DNA of 11,982 nucleotides, taken from assembly GCA_023515725.1 (NCBI GenBank), contig JALDTO010000132.1, forward strand, positions 46,470 through 58,451, in the 5' to 3' direction. The position numbers and the translations under genes are program-made. Below, in pieces: positions 1 to 10,264 of this stretch. The stretch is from Amoeboaphelidium protococcarum X5 (taxonomy: Eukaryota; Fungi; Aphelidiomycota). The notes under the pieces are model-generated. The model had not been told where the DNA came from and made no database searches. It was given only the letters and a program-made list of their open reading frames with translations. Within the stretch, counting starts at the first letter, position 1, and every line of letters starts with the position of its first letter.

Positions 1-663
<663 letters not shown>

Positions 664-854
664 TTCAATGATTTCTTGATTGATTGAATTGTCCCCACAA
701 TATCATTGCCATATTTTTTAATTGCCGCCCATTCTGTTTAATGTCGCGCTTTTATTCTTCCATAAAGTTTCAATTTTGATTTTCTGAAACAATACGCTCG
801 TTGGTGAATTCTTTTTCTTTCTATTCCTTATGCCGTTGTAACAACAACATCTTA

Positions 855-3692
855 ATGCCAGATCTGCCATCCACTCCATTCTTGGGTAATGCGCCCGTTA
901 AGGCCACCACGTCCAAGTCTCCTACTGAAACTGTTTTTGACTCTACGCCTGTGCTGAATGGTGGTAATACTCTTAAAGACATACGTCTGGTGTCTGACTT
1001 GTATACGCCTGTTAAATCTACCACATCTTCTAATATGTCGTCATTGACATTGCCTCGCGATCAATAGTCTTCGTCTAGTGGATCAGAAGTGTCGAATGGT
1101 TCACAACTACTGAAGCAAATGGTTTAAAGATTGGCATAAAAGTCGTAGCATTAAGTGGATGATGGTTGTGCTGACATGCCAGTTTCAAGCTCGACAAGTG
1201 ACGTGTAGTTCACCGACAAGGGTGAAACATTGGCCGATGTTGACTCTCGTTTCACTGGATTTAAATTTGCATCTGGTGGTGACGCGTTTTAAGTCAGTGC
1301 TGCATCTTTATAGAAGGCCAGAGCTCTGCTTGAAGTTGATGAGAATGATGATTGCAACTAAGCGGTTGAACCTTAAGATCATTTATAAGATCGGCAGATG
1401 TTCGGGTTCACTAAAGCTCGGGGAACCAAGTTGCCTCCTCCGTCTGAAAAGGCTTAAAGTCGTGCATCTGAACTATTTTCTACTGAAGATAAGCCGATTT
1501 CAGTTGGGTTCTCCAGTGCTTCTGGTAAGAAGGTATTTGCTCCATCAGAATCTGCTATGCTGCAAGCTAATAGAATATTGTAATCTCCGCAATCATCATC
1601 GTCATCGTAATCATAATCAAAGTAGAGTTAAGGTGGTTTTAAGGTTCCTTAGCTGCCGTTTAAGAGATCAGGCCAGGTTTTAAATTAAAGACATTCTATT
1701 GCAGTGCCAACGAAGAAGAAGTAGCGCATTCTCACCAAGTAGAATACCAGACTCTCTCTTCCTACTCAGATAAATGGTAAAAGTCTTCAGGGCAGCCGCA
1801 GTGCTTTTAAGATTCCTTATGCTAAAGACAGGCCGTTGACTTAGACTCCTGTCAAAGCTGTAAAGCCTAAAGAGTAGTTGAAATCTGTCTTTAACATGGA
1901 ATCTGTTGTACATCGTCTGAATCTTTCTGATTTACAATTAGAGCATTATTCGTCACAAGAGCTTGTTGATAAGTTTGCCATACCATCGTAATATATATCC
2001 GTATTTGAGGAGAAGTAATTTGAGTCTTTTACTTTTGAGGTAGATGGCGGTGCCCGATTCGGATGGAGTGATGCAAAGGATCAGTTGATTGCTATTACCA
2101 ACTCTATTGATATGTAGATTGACAAATGGGTGTAAAATCATTACAAATTAATCGTCTAGAAGTTATTATGTTATGTTTTAAAGTTTCCGTCTATTTTCTG
2201 GGTGGATGAGAGTAAACGACGTGAATGGTGCTCGCCAGACGCTGTAATGAGATAATTGTGTTACAGATATGAAAGGGAACACTTGATGGCTCATAGATCA
2301 TCCATTAAGATAATTTGCGAATAGGATGCTCCATCTTCCTATCCACTGGTTCTATTTGTATATTCTGTGGCGATTTCTGCGGATTCTGATTAAGCAGAGT
2401 GCCTCCTCTCCGATGGATGGTATATGGTGAACGCTTAATTAGATCCTGTCTTGACTCGCTCCGTCAAGAATGGTAAGCTTCTATCCGGATAGAAGTTATT
2501 AGTATGTAATGCTCAAATGATTAATTAGTCTGAAGCTTGTTCTCCGTTGGAATTGTCGTCTGATTCTAAATTGAGAATATTTGCCAATTCTACTCGACGA
2601 GTTGCCTGGCATACACGTCTGGGGCATTTACGGGTGCCTCCTTTAGTGATTCCGGTTCGATCTATCAATAGCGAGGGTGGACTTATATCGTACGTTGAGA
2701 CTTTCATTATTCGTAAGTATCCCGTTATATACACTGAGACACTGCCGGATGGATCAAAGGTTAGCAGAAATTAATCAGAAGAGGAGCTGTATTGCCAGAC
2801 TTACAATGCCAAGATGCAGCAGTATTTTGAGGAACTCAGGGCCAAATCTTTCTCATATGGTGGACAGTCAGAGACTGAGTTGTCTGAATTGCGTGACTAA
2901 ATTTAGGTAAGGATAATCTCATTATTTTGTTATAAGTAATACTCAGTCGATTTCGAGTATTTGTAGGAGCGATTTCCGACAAGAAATGTCAGATCTACAA
3001 TGAAAGTCCGGATATTATGCTCCTCCTGTTTCAACAAAGACGTACAAGTTGTATAACAATAATCTCATCATGCTTAGGTTACTATATATAATCCCGAATA
3101 AATAGCGCCTAGTATCACCGAAGGGAATGCGTATAAGGTATTTTATAATTGTACCAAAGACGATATATTGATTTTGTACTGCATGTAGATTTACAACTTG
3201 ATGCCGTTCTTAAATCAATCCAATGCAGCGATAAAGTCATTACATTCCACCAAGATGAGTCGCTTTTTTACTAGTGATATGTAGCGCTGTGATACTATAT
3301 CCGCCTAATTGCCTAGTGTTTAAAGCTGTAATGATCTGAAGCACTTGTAACATGGCACTGAATTTGATGTCTGCGTTAAAATATGCCACTCATAGGACAA
3401 GATAATATGCTGTGATTAGTCAGAGAGTCTATTGCTGCTGAGAACTTCTATATCAGCGTAGAAGCCGGTATCTTTTAAAGCTGAGACAGTCATCATTCGG
3501 TGTTTGCAGTTTGATTATTACGATCCGAAATTCGATCTGGCGGTTGGTATCATTACTCAGGATACTCAGTTTTAATACAATGGCTAAAACGCAACTGAAA
3601 GAGACGCGCTCAAGAGAGTATAATTGTGGTCCTCTCAAGACATGTCGTCAGTTACTGTCGCAGAGAAGTTATTAACAATTGGCATAAACTGA
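855..3692 (+). CDS. BRCA2: BRCA2/Brh2 homologue, about 908 aa after splicing; predicted exons 855-2906, 2967-3137, 3189-3692
   Basis: Single TGA-free frame from ATG 855 to TGA 3690-3692. Contains three BRC-like repeats, a helical domain (KWVQNHYKLIVQKL, PDAVMRQLCYRYERE), OB1 (LSDGWYMVNAQLDPVL, KNGKLLSGQKL, LRIFANSTRRVAWHTRLG) and OB2/tower (EGGLI..RKYPVIYTE..RN.SEEE; EGNAYK|IYNL). These match BRCA2 DNA-binding-domain motifs such as LTDGWY..AQLD, GQK and ANSTR..W..KLG. The start is the first in-frame ATG (not verified). Confidence 0.93.
1251..1582 (+). repeat. Three BRC (RAD51-binding) peptide repeats within BRCA2
   Basis: FTGFKFASGGDAFQVSAASLQKARALLE (about 1251-1335); FGFTKARGTKLPPPSEKAQSRASELFS (about 1401-1482); VGFSSASGKKVFAPSESAMLQANRIL (about 1503-1580). 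Each has an FxxA(S/R)G core followed by an S..a..A..L helix. Confidence 0.85.
2907..2966 (+). other. Spliceosomal intron (60 nt, phase 0) in BRCA2
   Basis: GTAAGG...TTTGTAG boundaries and AT-rich composition. Removal joins LRDQIQ to ERFPTRNV, which aligns with the BRCA2 R(D/N)V..KLRI motif. The frame stays open if the intron is retained, so splicing is inferred. Confidence 0.7.
3138..3188 (+). other. Spliceosomal intron (51 nt, phase 0) in BRCA2
   Basis: GTATTT...ATGTAG boundaries. Removal restores EGNAYK-IYNL, matching the conserved OB2 motif EGKRYRIYHL. Confidence 0.8.
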
Positions 3693-3751
3693 TGTTAAAT
3701 TAAGAGATATTTTCAAATACAAAAAGTACTACATTCTAATCAAAAACTAAA

Positions 3752-6550
3752 TCATCTTATAGGGGAAAACAAAGAACCATCAGATAATTAAGATCTGCCT
3801 CTGTCTCGCCTAGACTAAATATCACCCAGAGATAGACCAAGGATGCGCGGCCGTTTATCAATTTTGAAGTCGGCATACTCTTTGGCCACATGCTCACGCC
3901 TGCTAGAATCTTGACTAAGAATTTGAGATAGCGTGTTAATAGTGCTCTTAAGCAAAGAATTTGATCTCTTGGCGCCTTCCAATTTCTACTCCAGTTCCTA
4001 AACGAGCTCTTCCGGAATTTCAGGTAGACGCTTGCAATCGTTTACTGGATTCTCCTCTTTCAATGCCCCATCACAGTGTAGATCATTGTGCGCCTAAGAT
4101 CCTCCCAAAGATATCTAATTTGCAACTGCAGCCTTCTTTAAAACAAAGGTGGACTTCTTCCTAGGGCGGACAAGCTTGGCGTCAGCAATGTCTGCAGAAA
4201 CTTATTGCAATGAAGATGAAGCATCAGAGGTTACAGACTAAGTTCGATCTCTTAATTCCAACCAAAACGAGGATCTTCTTCTTTTATCAACCGGAACAAC
4301 CAAAGAAGCATTTCGTTCATCATTACTAATTTGAGCTGGCTATGCATTTGAAATATCAATCTTCCCGTCCGCAGTTTACACCAATATATCATCTTACTCA
4401 TTGTGAGTATCATTAAAACGATCTTGGTGACAAAGATCACAGACGCGCTGCGGCTTCATCGTCTAATCGTTGATAATCACTCTATGCGTGGAACATGCTG
4501 AACACACTACGGCGCCGCAATAACGACAATGATGACGTCGAATGATGACATTAAAAGAGCATTTACACACCATACAAGTCTATGCCACTTCATCGGGAAT
4601 CCAAATTGGAGCAAAGTAGGAGGATCGACGACTTTAATCCAAATGAGACTATTACAACGGTGTAGTGGCAGATTCACAAATGGAGTTCATAAGCATTGCA
4701 GCCTCGCTGGCATGATCGCTCATGATAGAAGCTTGGTCTTGATCAATAACATTAACAGATGCGGCCCTACTGCGAATGATGGTATTCGATGAGGAAATGT
4801 CACACTAATCATCAATGGCCTGCTTAAGACTCATCAGCCACTAATCCTTCTCTTCTTTGCTATTACAATACAGCTGAACAGACTTTTTACGCGACAATAT
4901 GATAAATGAATATGGAATATATAGGTACGGCACTACACCGGTTGCCATCGGAATTTTATCGAGAATGTTACTAGAAATCACTTCTTAATCATCTACCAAA
5001 GATTTCTAAGCATCAGACTGAATGGCAGGAGTCAGTGGTTCAGGAACATTTAGAATCTATATTTGCTACAGAGGCATCCACATCCTAAAAGCGTATTTTT
5101 TATTATCAAATGGCGTGTTAAGCGGTAGGCTGTTACTAGGTCGCGCAAATAAAACACCATCGCTGAGAAGTAGAAGCAACCGCGGATTACATCCTTTGGC
5201 ACATACTTTACCCAACATTCCACTCTTTATCATTTATCTACCAGGAGTTACCAGCTTGGCACCTACGATTCCTTCTTCAAGTGGTAGAATATCGGCATAA
5301 GTGAGATAATGATTAGATAATTTATGAGGCAATCCAACAATGGCGTTCTACAAATCAACCAGCCTAGTATCTTCTTCATGCATTCTTATGCGTTCATTCA
5401 CCCATTGATTCACAGACTCAATGAGTTGAAGCGCCTCTGTCAATCCATCATAGTCGCAGTGAGATCGTGGCGTGTACTTGAGCAACTGCGCTATCAGCAT
5501 TCGATACCTTGGCAAACGTTGAACAGGTTGAAGGAGTAGAGATACCAGTGGAAGAGACTTGACCTCAGGATGTCTCAATTGATTACTCACAAATATACCA
5601 AAAGTACTGGACGTAGAGGTGAGGTGAGATAGAAGTGTCAGTGAATTGGGATAATTCTTCATATAGATGGCATAAATCTTCATAAATGGGATGAATTTGA
5701 GTACAATGTCAGACAATTTCCCTTTTTCAGGATTCCATGAGAGATCACACCCAAAATCCATAGCGGCATAAGGAGAGCCACTCGACGTGTTGGAATGATG
5801 GGAGTTGCCAGATTCAACAGATTTCAAGGACCGGACAGAATCATATCTAATATTACCTTTCAATCTCTTACGCAGCTTAGCCAGAAATTCCGAGTTCAGC
5901 CCGCGAATCTCCACCAGATTACTAAACATTTAATTGATCAGTTTCTTGCTCACATCCGGGATCTTTGCAGGTAAGGAGGAACGTTATGACACGGGATCTG
6001 ATAGGGGAAGATAGAACAAATCATAGAGCACATTAAGCTACTGCACATACGTTTCTTCAGTCTCCAAAAATTCATTAGCTATCTATACGCGCTTCTTCAT
6101 CATGGAATAATTGAGTGTATTAGATTTTTCATACGGGTGATACTTGGCCTAGTGGTGGTGGTGATGATTAAGATGCTTTTAGTTGCGCGTAGCAGATCGC
6201 ATAAGAGGAGACGGTCTGTACTGCTGCTCATTCAATTGTAAATGCACGGGAGTCACTTTATTGCCAGGCGTTACCGGAGACATTGCAGGAGATAATAGAT
6301 TCAAAGATGACCAAAAGCTATTCAGTCGAGGGCTATCAATCTCATCTCGCTAAACATTTTAATCGTTCTATTACAACTACTATAAGGGAATGGACGGTAG
6401 GAGCGGATGATCGCAGTCATTTAGATCAATGCTCTCAGCAGAGGATTAATACTCAATTAATTTCTCACTTTAGCCACGGTAGAAGAATTAATAACCTATA
6501 GCGACAGCTGCAAATAGGAAAGCACTAATTTCTAACGCGTATTGATCCAT
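3752..6550 (-). CDS. FGD/Frabin-like Rho GEF: N-terminal hydrophobic segment, DH, PH and FYVE domains, 932 aa, apparently intronless
   Basis: TGA-free frame from ATG 6550 (aaaaATG context, upstream in-frame TGA at 6566-6568) to TGA 3754-3752. DH: KRVQIANEFLETEETYVQQL...MFSNLVEI...FMKIYAIYMKNY...SLLLQPVQRLPRYRMLIAQLLKYT (about 6100-5385). PH: LVTPGRQMIKSG...SKEEKDQWLMSLKQAI (about 5255-4810). FYVE: WIPD...CMVC..FNVIIRRHHCRYCGAVVCSACS...RVCDLC (about 4603-4430). Confidence 0.93.
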
Positions 6551-7307
6551 TTTTGAATTTTCTGCTCAATCTTGGCGTATTAAAAAGAGTGTCAATCAAT
6601 GCTCTAGCGTGTTGCAAAATTGAAAGAGACGACGCGGTGGCTCCAATTGAATACGATCACTGAGAAATTGAATTTATCGATTAGAATTCATATTGTCCTA
6701 ATTAAGGAACTGAATAAATATGATGGTAAATTACACTTTATACTTTATCATCGGAATTTAATTGTGCATTTACAAAAAATAATTTTATTATGGGTGATAT
6801 CACAACGTGTGAAATGGTGGTTGAAACTGATGATCGTCTACTGGAGACAACTTGACTTCACGTTATGATGATATCCTATAAATCCAAAATCATGAGTGGT
6901 GAGAGCATTTTGGCATTCATTCACTTGGCTAAGTGAAAATTTAAAATGAAAGAATATCATGTGGTGGAGAACTGGGTGGGCATGACAACATAGCTGAAAT
7001 CACACAGAGAAATTCTTAGCCAGTCTGGGCTGGTCTGGGAAACAACACTATAATAAATCAGTGTTACAAACAACAAACAATGGCAGCAGATTTGATTACA
7101 TTGTTACTAATCAACCAAGTCTTATTTTAATCATCATTATTAAAGCCAAAAGTTGATCGCTCATTACACTGATTGTACACTCTATATACGTATATACATA
7201 CACACACCCGCAAGTATCCAAGATTACGGGAGATGACTATTAACGCAAGTCAGAACGTTTAGAACAGGCAGCCGCTCGACCGTCAAGATGTGATTCAGTT
7301 CGTCAAG

Positions 7308-7486
7308 GTAAGTTTTGAAACTCTAATTGATATCAAACAATGATCTGATTAATGAGTATCACACATACATACATGTATATAGTGACAAGGGTGTCGGTCT
7401 AGAAGTATTAGCGCATGATGCTATTATGACGGCGGTTGTTACCATGTATGTGTATGTGCGTGCGATTATACTTATAGCGTGTGTAG
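7308..7486 (+). other. Intron(s) upstream of the WD40 core: either one 179-nt intron or two (7308-7382 and 7446-7486)
   Basis: Consensus donor AAG|GTAAGT at 7308; acceptor ATATAG ending 7382; donor GTATGT at 7446 (also 7452); acceptors TTATAG ending 7477 and GTGTAG ending 7486. Confidence 0.55.
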
Positions 7487-7489
7487 CCA

Positions 7490-8692
7490 ATGGCAAGAAA
7501 GCATCCACAGCGAACATCTATCCAGCATTGGCAATTGCGAGATTTGGTCCACAGTCCCGCTCCGAACCAGTTTGTGCTTGTGAACACCAACAATGTTCTT
7601 CTGTATGATACCGTTACCAAGCAGTCAAATCAGCTGATTAGGAATTTGCAATTTAGTCCGACCAGTGTCACCACAGGATTCGGGTATGTCGCAGCGGGTG
7701 GTTAGCGAAGTCAGTTGGTTGTGAAGCAGTTGCAAGGCAGTTGGGATGCATTCTCTGCCGTCGGTGGCAGTATCAATAATGCGCTGTGTATCTCTGCTTG
7801 TCCATGGGGAAGTTACTCGGCGTAAACATCTCCTCAAGCAGTCACGTCACCGGCGAATAATGCGTCATTCGGCGTATCGGGTGGCAGTAGCAGCAGCAGT
7901 ACTTATGGCTATGGCCAGTCATCGGAGCGTCAGTATGGCGATGTTAGAATTCTGATCTGCAACAATGATGAGAGCATCAAAGTGTACTCCATCCCTGGTA
8001 TGCAGCGCGTAACCACAATCGGGTTGCCTACTGCTGTTAACTATGCTAGTGTATCACCTGATGGCAGGAAACTGTGTGCAGTCGGTGACAGTAATCAGGT
8101 ATTTATTTATGACATTTCAACCACTGGATATTATGAAAAGATTGCGACTCTGACCGGTTCAAATGACGCCGGATTTGGATGCTCCTGGAATCACTCGTCG
8201 GACAAGGTTACTGTCGGCAGCCAGGATGGTGTCGTCACTGTGTGGGATGTAAGATACATGAGTAGTAATAGCAATAGCAGTAATCATAGCACTAGTACCA
8301 CCGTGCCACATTTAGGTAATCCTAATTACGGCAAACTTGCAGTCATCAAGTCGTCGCAGCATCCACAAGTGAAGGGGGCCGTCAGGGCGGTAAAGTTTAG
8401 CAAGTGTAGTTCTGTTGATTTACTCGTCTTCTCTGAGCATGTGAGTTATGTAAATTTTATTGATGCAAGGACGTTCGATACTGGAACTGCATCCAGGTAG
8501 AGTATCAGATTAGGGAGCGGTAGTCTCTCGGCGTTCAATAATGCTGCGTCATCTAATATTGATGTTCATTTGAGTGGCCTGTCGTTCGCACCTGATAGTC
8601 GATCCATCTTTGTCGGCCTTGAGAATGCAGTGCTTGAATTCGATGTGGACACGGTGTCAAGAAGAACTTTCGCCAAAGGTGCATTGATATGA
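7490..8692 (+). CDS. WD40-repeat protein of the DUF2415 family (S. pombe C2A9.03 / yeast Gid11-like), 400 aa from ATG 7490; may have an extra upstream coding exon 7233-7307
   Basis: TGA-free frame: SIQHWQLRDLV, GYVAAGG[TAG]RSQL, VGGSINNAL, ILICNNDESIKVY, VNYASVSPDGRKLCAVGDS, GFGCSWN...VGSQDGVVTVWDVR, GAVRAVKFS...DLLVFSEHVSYVNFIDARTF, LSGLSFAPD..IFVG, TGA 8690-8692. These motifs are characteristic of the family as I recall it; the Gid11 link needs HMM confirmation and the start is uncertain. Confidence 0.88.
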
Positions 8693-9172
8693 TTGATTGA
8701 TTGATGATGCTATGAAGATTGTGTTGATCTGGGATGATATCTCGAGTGCAGGCAGACAAAGGGCGTATACTATTTGAAGTTGACAATTGGAAATGTTCAT
8801 GACATTCTTTGAATTGGTGATTTATCTAGATGCTATAGATGTATTTTCTTATATCGATATCCTGTATTTTTAATTGTATATTAAAGCATGTCGTCTAATC
8901 AGATACCTTATGCATATTGGCACTAGCTGAAGACTGAAAGCGTAGAACAGAATTGCGGATATATTATACTTAACAACTTCACAACATCAGACAATCATTT
9001 AATCATATATATACTCTCAATGCTGTGGTTCTCACAATTACAAGTTCAAATACCAGATAAATCTAATGCCGCCAACATTGGTAATTATCCAAAAAGTCAG
9101 TGAAAGCAGAGTCGATACGCGTACTACTGTAAGGCCAAATACTATATATCATGCTCTCAGACACTTTTATTG

Positions 9173-9892
9173 TCACTTGTCAACAGCCAGTTCAAATTGA
9201 GTTGCAGTGAGGTGCTCTTGATCGTCGGGATCCACAAATGTTAATCCAGTTCTTCAAGTGAAAACTTTGGCGTGCTTGTTTATCTGTATCTTGTTCTTAT
9301 ACCATGGATCCAGTCGGTATCTTTATTGTGTTACGTGGTCCATCGACACACTGTGTATGAGCCGGACATTTCAATCAAAGGACTTCTTTGTCAAGCATGG
9401 AAATCTGCATACCAATTTGCATCTAACCAGAGCCATGACAAATGAGCGGATACTCGATATTTTGTTTTCAGACATGCAAGTTTCGCAATAGTCTTTATGG
9501 TCGAAACTATTCCAATTTCTTATTGTCCCAATGCTTTCAACAGGGACCGTATGACTTTTGATCCGCAATCAAGAATCAAGAAGCAGTGCATCGGCGCCAA
9601 GCATTTTTCCAATAATTAGACTAAGCAATTCCAGAATCAAAAGATAGCTTTCTTCCACTTATAGGAAAGTCTATGCCTAAAAATATAAGTCAATGGGTTG
9701 CAGTTTTTGGTCTCCCTATCTGGCAAAGTTACGCTTAATACCAGCCATAGGGACCTAGAAACATTTGCACGCTAAATCGCACTTGGAATTTAAACATTAC
9801 ATACATGTGGGTCAGAATCCCTTCTTACTTTAACATTCAGCCTTCTTTTCATGAACGGACTTCTTGCAATTGGCACATACCAGTTTGTACAT
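9173..9892 (-). pseudogene. Possible decayed gene with a Cys-rich, zinc-cluster-like N-terminus
   Basis: From ATG 9892: MYKLVCANCKKSVHEKKAECQSKKGF*PTCMQCLNSKCDLACKC..., followed by protein-like sequence interrupted by TGA at 9814, 9571, 9373, 9256 and 9175. No intact long ORF found in the frames examined by hand across about 8.9-9.9 kb. Stop density is not clearly below random. Confidence 0.3.
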
Positions 9893-10264
9893 TGCATTGT
9901 TTGATTTGCTACGTGAATTCACTTAGCAATGAGCAGCAAACTTTCGCGCCACATGGAACGGTATTTAAACGCGTCAACCGCGATTACCTCAATCAATCGA
10001 CATTATAAAACAGTGTACCAGAAAGTAGGTAATTTCTATAATTTTAGCGCCGTTATCGTAAGGTTGCCCCAATAACGACCGACCGGGGGGAAGATAATCT
10101 TCACAATGCGCTAAGGTTGAATCATTTGGTAACGATTAGGGGGTCGCGTCACGTCAACTTGTCGTTTGAACTCACTATTCTATTCTACTGAAAACTTTGA
10201 TTGCTTTTTATTTCCCACAATAGTTATTGAAAATTATTCTTATAATAATTATAACTATCGAGAA

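Noticed and set aside
6825-7000. Possible C/D snoRNA (ATGATGA at about 6865, CTGA at about 6994) and a 7-bp hairpin TTCACTT-GGCT-AAGTGAA (6920-6937)
   Set aside because: No terminal stem or recognisable rRNA guide seen; motifs this short are common in AT-rich intergenic DNA. An Infernal/snoscan search would be needed.
7183-7208. 14-bp palindrome TATATACGTATATA and adjacent (CA)n
   Set aside because: Low-complexity dinucleotide sequence with no evidence of function.
8888-9103. 71-codon plus-strand ORF (MSSNQIPYAYW...) under table 6
   Set aside because: This length is expected by chance when TGA is the only stop; no motif support.
9173-9892. TGA read as Trp or Sec to rescue the interrupted Cys-rich frame
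   Set aside because: TGA is the terminator of all six genes, Trp is TGG in conserved motifs (WDTAG, DGWY, WIPD), and no SECIS was identified.
10166-10264. N-terminal extension of the dioxygenase given by the ORF track
   Set aside because: It starts at TTG in AT-rich, UTR-like sequence. ATG 10265 directly precedes a signal peptide.
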